A stretch of 64,000 nucleotides of DNA from NCBI GenBank assembly GCA_977017575.1, contig CDRNVI010000043.1:248001-312000 (forward strand). Reading direction: 5' to 3'. This document shows positions 1 to 9,244 of the stretch, in pieces (within the stretch, counting starts at the first letter, position 1; each line of letters opens with the position of its first letter). A program made the position numbers and the translations under genes. The stretch is from Paramoeba atlantica. Taxonomy: Eukaryota > Protista > Discosea. Under the pieces are notes generated by a model, which ran no database searches, had not been told where the DNA came from, and was given only the letters and a program-made list of their open reading frames with translations.

Positions 1-2832
1 TTCCTCGCATCCTCCGCCACATCCAACTCTCCGAGCTCCATCCCCGACCGCTCCCTCAACGCATCCCCCAGTCCTCTCACCACCGTATCCCCAACCACTC
101 TCGGAACCCACCACGCCCCCAGTCCTGTACGCTCCAACACGAGTTGTTGTAACGAACAAAACACACTATCCAGGACCAACGCCCTCACGATCCCACCCCC
201 TCCTTGCCCCCCCTCCCTCTCATCCCCCCCGTGCGGAGGACAGCCCCTCCCCTCCCCCCGTTCCCCCCCCCACCGGGCCGCGTACCTCACCGCGGTGGCT
301 GCGCCCATACTCCGCCCCCACAGCCCGACCCGATCCACCCCTTGCGCCCGCACGTACCCCACCACCGTCCCCAGGTCCCCCGCCTCGTGGTACCCCAGCG
401 TGACGAGGTCCCCCGTGCTGGCGCCGCAGCCCGCAAAGTCAAAGCAGAGGACCGTGAGGGGGTGGTGGGGGAGGAGGTGGGGGAGCAGCGCGGTGGCCTC
501 GCGGCGGGACCCCGCGTTGCCGTGGCAGTAGATCACACAGGGGAGGGAGCGGAAGGGAGGGGGGGGGAGTGGTAGTAGTCGTCGTACTCGTGTTACGCGG
601 GATGCTCGTAGTAGGGGTAGTACTCGTGTTACTCGGGATATTTGTAGTAGTAGTCGTACTCGTGTTACTCGGGATATTTGTAGTAGGGGTAGTACTCGTG
701 TTACTCGGGATATTTGCAGTAGGGGTAGTAGTCGTGTTACTCGGGATATTTGCAGTAGGGGTAGTACTCGTGTTACTCGGGATATTTGCAGTAGGGGTAG
801 TACTCGTGTTACTGGGGATATTTGCAGTAGGGGTAGTACTTGTGTTACTCGGGATATTTGTAGTAGGGGTAGTACTCGTGTTACTCGGGATATTTGTAGT
901 AGGGGTAGTACTCGTGTTACTCGGGATATTTGTAGTAGGGGTAGTACTTGTGTTACTGGGGATATTTGTAGTAGGGGTAGTACTCGTGTTACTCGGGATA
1001 TTTGCAGTAGGGGTAGTACTCGTGTTACTGGGGATATTTGCAGTAGGGGTAGTACTTGTGTTACTCGGGATATTTGTAGTAGGGGTAGTACTCGTGTTAC
1101 TCGGGATATTTGTAGTAGGGGTAGTACTCGTGTTACTCGGGATATTTGCAGTAGGGGTAGTACTTGTGTTACTCGGGATATTTGTAGTAGTAGTCGTACT
1201 CGTGTTACTGGGGATATTTGCGGTAGTAGTCGCACTCGTGTTACTCGGGATATTTGCAGTAGGGGTAGTACTCGTGTTACTCGGGATATTTGCAGTAGGG
1301 GTAGTACTTGTGTTACTCGGGATATTTGCAGTAGGGGTAGTACTCGTGTTACTCGGGATATTTGCAGTAGGGGTAGTACTCGTGTTACTCGGGATATTTG
1401 CAGTAGGGGTAGTACTTGTGTTACTCGGGATATTTGTAGTAGTAGTCGTACTCGTGTTACTGGGGATATTTGCGGTAGTAGTCGCACTCGTGTTACTCGG
1501 GATATTTGCAGTAGGGGTAGTACTCGTGTTACTCGGGATATTTGCAGTAGGGGTAGTACTTGTGTTACTCGGGATATTTGCAGTAGGGGTAGTACTCGTG
1601 TTACTCGGGATATTTGCAGTAGGGGTAGTACTCGTGTTACTCGGGATATTTGCAGTAGGGGTAGTACTTGTGTTACTCGGGATATTTGCAGTAGGGGTAG
1701 TACTCGTGTTACTCGGGATATTTGCAGTAGGGGTAGTACTCGTGTTACTCGGGATATTTGCAGTAGGGGTAGTACTTGTGTTACTCGGGATATTTGTAGT
1801 AGTAGTCGTACTCGTGTTACTGGGGATATTTGCGGTAGTAGTCGCACTCGTGTTACTCGGGATATTTGCAGTAGGGGTAGTACTCGTGTTACTCGGGATA
1901 TTTGCAGTAGGGGTAGTACTCGTGTTACTCGGGATATTTGCAGTAGGGGTAGTACTCGTGTTACTCGGGATATTTGCAGTAGGGGTAGTACTCGTGTTAC
2001 TCGGGATATTTGCAGTAGGGGTAGTACTTGTGTTACTCGGGATATTTGTAGTAGTAGTCGCACTCGTGTTACTCTGGATATTTGCAGTAGGGGTAGTACT
2101 CGTGTTACTCGGGATATTTGCAGTAGGGGTAGTACTCGTGTTACTCGGGATATTTGCAGTAGGGGTAGTACTTGTGTTACTCGGGATATTTGTAGTAGGG
2201 GTAGTACTTGTGTTACTGGGGATATTTGTAGTAGTAGTCGTACTCGTGTTACGCGGGATATTTGCAGTAGGGGTAGTACTTGTGTTACTCGGGATATTTG
2301 TAGTAGGGGTAGTACTTGTGTTACTGGGGATATTTGTAGTAGGGGTAGTACTTGTGTTACTCGGGATATTTGTAGTAGGGGTAGTACTCGTGTTACTCGG
2401 GATATTTGCAGTAGGGGTAGTACTCGTGTTGCTCGGGATGCTCGTAGTAGGGGTAGGAGGTGACGTTGTGGGAGGTGTCGTTGGGTTGTGAGTAGGATGA
2501 GGATGAGGGGTTGCATGAGGCGTTGTATTACGGGTTGTGTTACGCGTGACATGGGTATTAGTAGTAGTAGTTGTTGTTGTTGTTGTAGGAGGGGTAGGAT
2601 GATGAGTCGTGTCAGGAGTCGTCAGGGAGGAAGAAGAGGAAGGGGTGGAGTGATACCAGGAACAGGCGAGTGTGTGGCCGTGTGGGTTGGTGAGGGTAAA
2701 GTCAGTGCGGGTGTACGACTGGGGGGAGCCGGGGAGATGGAAGGTGGGAGGAGAGAGGTCGGTAAGGTCGTAGGTGGCTCGTGGGGGGCGTAGGATGAGG
2801 TTGCAGACGGTGTCGGTGATGGAGCGGAGCAT
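1..2832 (-). CDS. Alpha/beta hydrolase (YqkD/ABHD-like), 3'-partial, with in-frame tandem-repeat insert and two apparent homopolymer frameshifts
   Basis: N-terminus LILRPPRATY...TNPHGHTLACSWY. After a frame change at the G-run 559-567 the minus strand reads LPCVIYCHGNAGSRREA...LCFDFAGCGASTGDLVTLGYHEAGDL...VGLWGRSMGAATA (nucleophile elbow G-x-S-x-G). After a second shift in C-runs ~195-272 it reads RALVLDSVFCSL and runs off the window start. Confidence 0.9.
571..2455. repeat. 36-bp coding minisatellite, ~52 copies (unit gtaggggtagtactcgtgttactcgggatatttgca), encoding NIPSNTSTTPT[A/T]
   Basis: Head-to-tail copies directly visible. A variant block (gggatatttgcggtagtagtcgcactc) recurs at ~1210, ~1462 and ~1822, i.e. 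higher-order duplications of 7 and 10 units. Confidence 0.97.
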
Positions 2833-3323
2833 GGGGGAGGGGTGCGGAAGGTTGTGTAGGTGGGGATTGGTGGCCCCGGTTGTTGTGCTGCAAGATTAGT
2901 GACCGTGAGGCATAAGGATTGTTCTTTCTAAATATCTTGGGTGAGACAAATACTATTTTAGATTTAGATCATACAGTATTAAATTGAAGTATTACAGTTT
3001 ACAGATCAATAACGGATGAAATAAAAAATGTACCGAAGCAGAATTTACGGAGTCAGTGAACAAGCCAGAATTTTGTAGAAAAAACTTGTAATTACTCTTG
3101 AAGCTTGATGTACGAAACCCTCTAGTACATCTAGAAACGTTTTTTTAAAACGTTCGAACCCTTTTCATCGTTGAGCTCAAGTATCAAGCATTATTTTGGA
3201 ATAAAAAAGATACGATAGTTCATGGAATATCTGTGTCGTACTAGAAAGCCGAGAACGGAATAAGTAATAACTAAAGGGAATAATAGACAAACACATAACA
3301 ACCAACTAATTTCAAAAATTAGA

Positions 3324-4070
3324 TTACTCATCCAAACGGAGTTTCTTTACTTTTGGAGAGTTATCGTCGGAGCCCTCCTCGCTTTTTTCCTCATCAGATT
3401 CTTCGCTCTCAGTGTCATCCACAATAACGCTCTCCTTGCTAGAGGACTCACTGGACCCCATGTCATCTTCTGTAGTGGTATCGTCTTCCTCATCGCTCCC
3501 CACATCGGAGGAAGATGACGTGCTTTCCCCGTCAGAGTCTGCCACGTCGTGGTTTTCTCGATCCTTCCAGTTCAACACGGACAGAGACGGAAGAAAGCTC
3601 CATACGGCCTCGCGGAATCCGGGTAATGAGGCCAGTGGGTTTTCGTCTAAATCTAGGATTTCTAGCTGCGCGCACCCCCGCAGAGGTTCGAGAACCCGTT
3701 CTACTTGTTGCTGCGTATCTCCGCTGACATCGGAACCCAGACGGTTATTGCATATTTCCAGCTTCCGTAGCCCCGGAAAAATGGACGAAAAAGCGGAAGG
3801 TAGCGAAACAAGGGCGTTGTCGTTAAGATTCAGCTGAACAAGGTGAGGAAAACACAGAGAGGGCAAATCGCTAGGAATCTCGAGGGTTCGCAGAGAGGGC
3901 ACCATAGCTACAAAATCCAAGTTACGTAGGTGAGTATACGGTGCAAGGGTCTCGAATCCTAGAAATAGACCCCCGCAAAAGCTCAAATGAGGGACCTCCG
4001 TCGGAGGTTTAGTGAAAGCCTGTGCGTTCAGTTGACGAAGAGAGTATTCGCGTTGAGCGTCTTCAGACAT
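3324..4070 (-). CDS. ANP32/LANP-like leucine-rich repeat acidic nuclear protein
   Basis: LRRs (LRTLEI, LVQLNLNDNAL, LRKLEICNNRL, LEILDLDENPL), LRRcap (FREAVWSFLPSLSVLNWKD), D/E-rich tail, basic NLS PKVKKLRL. First plausible ATG at 4070. Confidence 0.8.
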   Translation of the reverse strand: MSEDAQREYSLRQLNAQAFTKPPTEVPHLSFCGGLFLGFETLAPYTHLRNLDFVAMVPSLRTLEIPSDLPSLCFPHLVQLNLNDNALVSLPSAFSSIFPGLRKLEICNNRLGSDVSGDTQQQVERVLEPLRGCAQLEILDLDENPLASLPGFREAVWSFLPSLSVLNWKDRENHDVADSDGESTSSSSDVGSDEEDDTTTEDDMGSSESSSKESVIVDDTESEESDEEKSEEGSDDNSPKVKKLRLDE

Positions 4071-4470
4071 GGCGAATAAAATTAAAATACGAAGGCGAAT
4101 GGTGCTTGAGTCGTAAAAAAAGAGTGTTTGCGCACTTGGTAAAAAACGCCTATAAGCCTTGAGCAAAACAGATATTCTACAAAATAAAATAAATAGGCTT
4201 AATCAAACGTGATAAAGTGGTGGACGGGTAAATTAAACGGATACGAGTCGCTAAGATGCGCTAAAGGTAATTCAATATCATAAATAAATTTAAAATTTAT
4301 TTTGTACGAAAGAGTCTCTCTGTGAGTTCCTATTGCATTAATAAAATAATTCAAGACTCAAGAATGTCTATCATTCCTTTCATACCTGGTGATTCAAGCA
4401 GTGGTACCAGGATTTTGCGTTTGACGACGGGTTGTTAACCGATAGATACTATCGATTATACGATCGGGTC

Positions 4471-5070
4471 CTACTCGTGTACGGCCCCAGCGGAGGGCTG
4501 TGTCACGGGATCGGTGGAAGACTGTGTAGGTACCTCCTCCCGTGGAGCCCGGGGTGGGGACGGAAATATTCCTTCCATGGACTCCTCTTGACCAGTGCCC
4601 CAGTCAATAGCGGATGTGCGTACGGTGGGATGCGTCAGCAAAACGTTGCGCCCAATGTGTTCAATCTCAATCGTTTTTGGCATCCCTGCGGTGCTGGGGT
4701 CCTCGTTAACATTGGCATACGCGACCTGTACCCAGTACCCTACCCGGACAAATTCCTGATCTCGGTAGTTCAGGGTGACGAGGAGTAGAGTGACCCCTAG
4801 GATATCCCACGCCGGAATTAGCTCCCAACGCGGTGGCGGGACTTGTGCGACAAATTCGTTAGTGCCAACTCGCAAAGGCCCAATAAGCAGCTCTTCCAGC
4901 TTCTGGTCGAACGCATTGCTCTCACAGGAGCCAACCCAGACGAAGCGAACCTCTAAGTCATCCGGAAGGTCTTCTAGCACATCAACAGTGATACGGAACT
5001 GAAAGCTTTCACTGTACATTGCAGGATTCGCACTCTGCAATTCGACCTCCTTTAATTGTATGGATGCCAT
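4471..5070 (-). CDS. ASF1: Histone H3/H4 chaperone ASF1
   Basis: FQFRITVDVLEDLPDDLE..VWVGS, DILGVTLLLVTLNYRDQEFVRVGYWV. Confidence 0.95.
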   Translation of the reverse strand: MASIQLKEVELQSANPAMYSESFQFRITVDVLEDLPDDLEVRFVWVGSCESNAFDQKLEELLIGPLRVGTNEFVAQVPPPRWELIPAWDILGVTLLLVTLNYRDQEFVRVGYWVQVAYANVNEDPSTAGMPKTIEIEHIGRNVLLTHPTVRTSAIDWGTGQEESMEGIFPSPPRAPREEVPTQSSTDPVTQPSAGAVHE

Positions 5071-5232
5071 CTTCAAAAAAATAAACCAAGATAAGGTAAA
5101 ATTATGAGTTCACATTTGCACAGATTTGTTCATAGATGTATGCCTTCCTTTTGTCATAATGCTTGCCATTTAAAACTCATAGAATACGCTGCTTTATACT
5201 ATATTTCACGCTCCTTTATACTTCGGCTTATA

Positions 5233-5834
5233 CTGTGACTCCACCCCCCTTAATATACACATGTTATGTGCATATAAACGTTTCTAAACGTTTGTGCATA
5301 TTAAAGGGGGAGCCCAAACATTTCGCGACGCTCTTTCTTTCCTTTCATACTATGAAAGGATTGTACACTATGACAATATAAATATAAATATACATATATG
5401 ACAATATATGTGGAAAATTGCATTTCCAAGCACCAATTGTACACTATGACATAGTACAATTGGTGCTTGGAAATGCATTTTTTTTTGGCAATACCTGTTG
5501 CCCCACTTGTATTGACGGTTTACTGAGTCTTTTACTTATTTTTTACGTGCCGAATGTTTCCTTTCATTCTACGAGCTCTATTAGTAAATATCGAGGAAGT
5601 CTGGCTACCAGTGACGATGGGGAAGAAGAGGACACGTCCGTTTCGATTACGTTGAAATGCATCAGAAAGTTTCTATTGGTAAAGAGCAGGATTGTTCCAC
5701 CACGGTTTAAAGAACTGCAACAACGCAAAACAAATTCAATTTTACCATGGGCTTCACTTCACGAACTTGCTCTATCCACAATTGTGCGCATATTAAACGG
5801 AGAGGGTGGGGTGTATATTAAATGGGGGTCACCG
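5233..5834. mobile_element. Degenerate non-autonomous derivative of the pogo element at 14450-17389
   Basis: Left end TA|CTGTGACTCCACCCCCCTTAATATACAC; right end GTGTATATTAAATGGGGGTCACCG. Subterminal TGTGCATATTAAAGGGGG (~5283) and TGTGCGCATATTAAACGGAGAGGG (~5783) copies are arranged as in the autonomous element. Confidence 0.7.
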
Positions 5835-5855
5835 AACTCTGATAAAGACACCATT

Positions 5856-6695
5856 TTATCCAGAGCTCCTCAACGCAAACATCCAAGCAGGGTATAACTC
5901 CCTTGGCCACGGAGATTGCAATCGTTGATACACAACACTTAATCCAGCTTTACTAAAAAGCTTTAAAAAGTGCTCGTGTGTTCGAACTATAGTGCTCTCG
6001 TCCATATCCACGTCATCATCTTCTCCCATGGCGACGTTGTCCTTAACAAAAATAAAAGGTTGACCTGTGTGAACAGCTGAAGACTCAAAAGAGTTCTCCA
6101 CATCATTTGAAATATCATTTTGATGCAACTCAGAATCACACAGCGCTTTGCGGCATTGCATAAAGAAGGTTACGAAATCTTGGTCTGTGAGTAGTAAAGA
6201 GACCCAATGCACCAGAACACAATTGTATCTACCACGCTCTAATTTCACATTCTGCAAAGACACTGGATAGCAATTCCCAATCCGCTCGCTGGGTACGCTT
6301 TTTTTAGCCTTTCGCAAAAACTGCTCGCACGGTTCCACTAAATCTATGATGTGATATTGTGACAACAGTAAAACTTCCGTCAGTCGTCCGATACCACACC
6401 CACAATCTATCGCAATCCCACGTTCCATTTGTCGTGTGCATACGGTACTCTTTTCAACGGTTTCTCTCAACACAGCCTTAGTTTCTTGTAGAAAACAGCG
6501 CGAGTCTATGACGTCCATGTTGTGTACATCTTCTCGCCCACCCAACATTCCGCTATTGGTAGGCTTTACTCTGTTCCAGTAGCGCAAACTGTTGCCGTAC
6601 CATTTCACTGAAAGGGAGACTTGGTTGTTATCTACATTTTTTTCCTGATTCTTCAGATTTCGATGCTCTGTATACCGACTCTCATTCGAATCCAT
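5856..6695 (-). CDS. NTMT1: Alpha N-terminal protein methyltransferase (NTMT1/Tae1 family)
   Basis: YWNRVKPTNSGMLGG, IDCGCGIGR, VHWVSLLLTDQD, VKDN, DESTIVRT, WPRELYPAWMFAL. Confidence 0.92.
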   Translation of the reverse strand: MDSNESRYTEHRNLKNQEKNVDNNQVSLSVKWYGNSLRYWNRVKPTNSGMLGGREDVHNMDVIDSRCFLQETKAVLRETVEKSTVCTRQMERGIAIDCGCGIGRLTEVLLLSQYHIIDLVEPCEQFLRKAKKSVPSERIGNCYPVSLQNVKLERGRYNCVLVHWVSLLLTDQDFVTFFMQCRKALCDSELHQNDISNDVENSFESSAVHTGQPFIFVKDNVAMGEDDDVDMDESTIVRTHEHFLKLFSKAGLSVVYQRLQSPWPRELYPAWMFALRSSG

Positions 6696-6964
6696 TTCTT
6701 CTCTCAACAGGTTTGTAGAATAGTTCTTTTAGAATAGTTCAATGTACAACTGTAGTGCCCATGCAGTGTAGACAAGACATACAGGACCGGACAGGACATA
6801 CTGTACACTTGTCCACAGATATTATACATGTATAATACTGAGGTAAGAAAGGCGTGTATATTAATACAGATGTTAACTTGATATGCGTTACTAGTACCTA
6901 GAAACTTCGGCCATGTAAAACACTGAAAGGTTGTAGAATAGATTGTAGAACGTCAAGGTTGCCT

Positions 6965-7384
6965 TCATTTTGTACGCTCTCTAGCGTGATGTCGCAGATA
7001 GTCATTATCTTTGGAGCGTTCCCAACGGTATTTGGCATCATCGGTTTGGCGAAAATGATCCTGTGTCATAATGGAATAGTTTCTCTCTAGGTTTCGAAGA
7101 CTCCAAGCATCTTGTCTGTTATCCAAATCGCCAAGCGATATCATACTATAAACTCCTGATCGCTTTCCACTTTCAACGGGTTCCGGTTTCAGTTCATATT
7201 CCCGATTTGAAAGGTGGCTCACGACAATATTTCCATAGACGCGGTGATGATAATAGTAAGCCAATCCACAAGTCGCAAACAAAGCAGCCCATCCTTTTAG
7301 TGGATTATGTTTAAACCACTCTGCTCGACGAAATAGCGACCGTTCAATCCTTCCACCTATTGGTACTCGTTTTAAATCAGTCAT
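6965..7384 (-). CDS. Small single-pass membrane protein, possibly a mitochondrial inner-membrane complex subunit
   Basis: Clean ORF (ATG 7384), one hydrophobic segment (WAALFATCGLAYYY), R-rich N-terminus; family not recognised. Confidence 0.6.
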   Translation of the reverse strand: MTDLKRVPIGGRIERSLFRRAEWFKHNPLKGWAALFATCGLAYYYHHRVYGNIVVSHLSNREYELKPEPVESGKRSGVYSMISLGDLDNRQDAWSLRNLERNYSIMTQDHFRQTDDAKYRWERSKDNDYLRHHARERTK

Positions 7385-7901
7385 CAGTCGAGGCAAATCA
7401 CATAACGATATTTATAGACTCAATAAGAAAGAAAAGAATGACAGCTAACAAGAAAATATTGTCCCCCTTTTTACGTAAGTTACTTTCATCTACGCAACAT
7501 TACTTTCATTTATACATTCATCTTCGCATGATGCCAATTAAACACCAATCCGTAAGGGAAAAAGCCGAAAACTAGCTCATTTTCCCAGGGGTCTCTATGA
7601 AAAAAAGGCGGCAAAGCTCTTCGCTAGCGAAACGAGATCTCTCCAACGCTGCAAAAATGAGCAAAAGCGGTTAAAAAATTAAAATTTCCGCGGGGGGGGG
7701 GCAAGATCAACTGAAATCACTGTATCTAGAGAGTTTGGGACCTCAGCTACCATTCTACGACGCTTTTTCCGTCAGATGCGCCTCCTACCCCTACTGGTCA
7801 GGCTTCAAAAACGGCCCAAATTTGGGTTTAAAGTTCGGATTTTTGGCCTAAAAATCGAGCACCCAAAAAAAAATTAAATGCCTGATCATTTGGCAATTTT
7901 A

Positions 7902-8010
7902 CTTTTTTAGTCGCTTCGTTAAACGCGGAGGTAGTTTTCAACGCTAAGCGCAGCACGAGTGACTTCTGAGTTGAATACAACCACCGCGTTTAACGAAGCG
8001 ACTAAAAAAG
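7902..8010. repeat. Foldback with 27-bp perfect arms, extending to ~41 bp with 3 mismatches
   Basis: CTTTTTTAGTCGCTTCGTTAAACGCGG (7902-7928) versus CCGCGTTTAACGAAGCGACTAAAAAAG (7984-8010). Confidence 0.95.
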
Positions 8011-8022
8011 ATAAATTATTAA

Positions 8023-8203
8023 CCAGGCTAAAGTGGACGAGGGAGACACTAAAGACACCTTTGGAAACAAACCTGGAACGGTATCTCCAGTTAAAGATCC
8101 TTTTGTCACATCAGAATGCTCTACAAACCGGGAGATACGGTTCCAGTTTTGTGGTAGTTTGCCAAAGGTGCATTTAGTATCTTCCTCGTCCACTTTAGCC
8201 TGG
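8023..8203. repeat. Foldback with ~65-70-bp imperfect arms and 42-nt loop
   Basis: CCAGGCTAAAGTGGACGAGG (8023-8042) exactly complements 8184-8203. The arms continue inward to CTGGAACGGTATCTCC (8073-8088) versus GGAGATACGGTTCCAG (8131-8146). Confidence 0.93.
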
Positions 8204-8275
8204 GTTACATAGCCATCGAAACATGCTCCCCAGGACTCCTTACAACTTCCCACGCGAGGAAGGCGTCGTCGCCCC

Positions 8276-8314
8276 GGCAAAAAGACAGAAGGCTCCGCCT
8301 TCTGCCTTTTCGCC
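8276..8314. repeat. 17-bp stem, 5-nt loop hairpin
   Basis: GGCAAAAAGACAGAAGG-CTCCG-CCTTCTGCCTTTTCGCC; both mismatches become G-U pairs on the minus strand. Confidence 0.8.
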
Positions 8315-8931
8315 TTGCGCCTCCTCCTTCCTCTACGGCCTAATCCCCGCCAAGTTTGGGACAAAAGCGAACAAAATCTTTGGCGACCAATTAATATAAG
8401 GTATCAGTTGTGTGTTAAAAAAGGTGTGTTAAAAGTGGTTTTATGGTAAGGTGTGAGGAGGGACCCCGCCCTCCATGGAAAGTGTAAAGTTGTTAAAGTT
8501 GGCCGATCTCGGTTCACGCGAGTGCAAAATTCGGGCAAAAAGCCGTCAAAATTTCTGACAAACAATTAATATACGGTAGCGAGGGAGTAGTATCTCCCTC
8601 AATAATTAACTCGAAGTCTTAGAGTTTCTGATGCATTCTCAAATTCAATTCTTTTTGTTCCCTTGTGAACATACAAGGGTTGGCTGTAAAATTATTAATC
8701 ACCGGGTAGAGATTAAACCAAGTAGAGTGGGTTGCCAGCGAATAACGTAGAAAACAGGACCAACGAGTTAGAGGTAGTGAACAACCAGTAAAAGCAATGA
8801 ACAACCAGTAAAGGAAACTTTAAGTTATAAGTGTCGAGACTAACAGACTAGGAATAGAAGACGAAAATGGGGAACAAAAAAAGAAATTTCTGACTGAGGA
8901 AAATATTATTTATGCAATTTAATTCGCTATT

Positions 8932-8970
8932 AAATTACCTATTACATTGGACCAATGTAATAGGTAATTT
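8932..8970. repeat. Perfect 39-bp palindrome (19-bp arms, 1-nt centre)
   Basis: AAATTACCTATTACATTGG-A-CCAATGTAATAGGTAATTT. Confidence 0.97.
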
Positions 8971-8988
8971 GGTTTTACCAATTTGGTA

Positions 8989-9175
8989 CGAAGTGCCCCC
9001 TATCTTAGAGTTGCTCCCCCCCCTATCCTAGAGTTGACTGGTTTTGGAAAAAAGCAACGCTAGGAGGGGGGGGTCAAAAGAAAAGACAAAATCGCCGCTT
9101 CACGGCAAGAGACAGTCTAAAATGCAACGCTAATGAGGGGGGGTACCGAGGCAACGCTAGGATATGGGGGAATAG
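8989..9175. mobile_element. ~190-bp MITE-like element with degenerate TIRs and TA flanks
   Basis: Motif CCCC(A)TATCYTAGMGTTG twice in direct and three times in inverted orientation (GCAACGCTAGGA...GGGG). TA at 8987-88 and 9176-77. Contains AAAATCGCCGCTTCACGGC and GGGGGGGGTCA, resembling the pogo ends. Confidence 0.6.
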
Positions 9176-9244
9176 TATATTGTTCCCTTACGACAAACTA
9201 AAGAATACAGGAATAAGGAATACTGGCCGTATCATTATTATTAA

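Noticed and set aside
571-2455. Regular ~36-bp periodicity as a CRISPR array or telomeric repeat (TAGGGG)
   Set aside because: No unique spacers, no cas genes, eukaryotic context; units are contiguous and in frame in a CDS, and there are no tandem TTAGGG runs
569-2491. 640-aa plus-strand V/L/G-rich ORF resembling a giant multi-pass membrane protein
   Set aside because: Antisense shadow of the 36-bp repeat, whose unit has no stop in that frame; opposite to all real genes
3150-3165. GGTTCGAA B-box-like strings here and at ~53187
   Set aside because: No cloverleaf or A-box context; no tRNA supported in the window
5418-5897. 159-aa plus-strand ORF
   Set aside because: Starts at TTG, lies in the decayed TIR element and overlaps the NTMT1 3' end; no recognisable domain
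8002-8364. 120-aa minus-strand ORF with basic N-terminus
   Set aside because: Non-ATG start, runs through foldback arms, no motif
8563-8600. Stowaway-like GAGGGAG-TAGTAT-CTCCCTC hairpin and CAATTAATATA(C/A)GGTA boxes (8388, 8563) as TE ends
   Set aside because: No matching opposite TIR found, so no element could be delimited
7560-9240. Telomerase RNA, 7SL or other known ncRNA in the structured gap
   Set aside because: No CCCTAACCCTA template on either strand and no recognisable conserved ncRNA motif; cannot be excluded without Infernal
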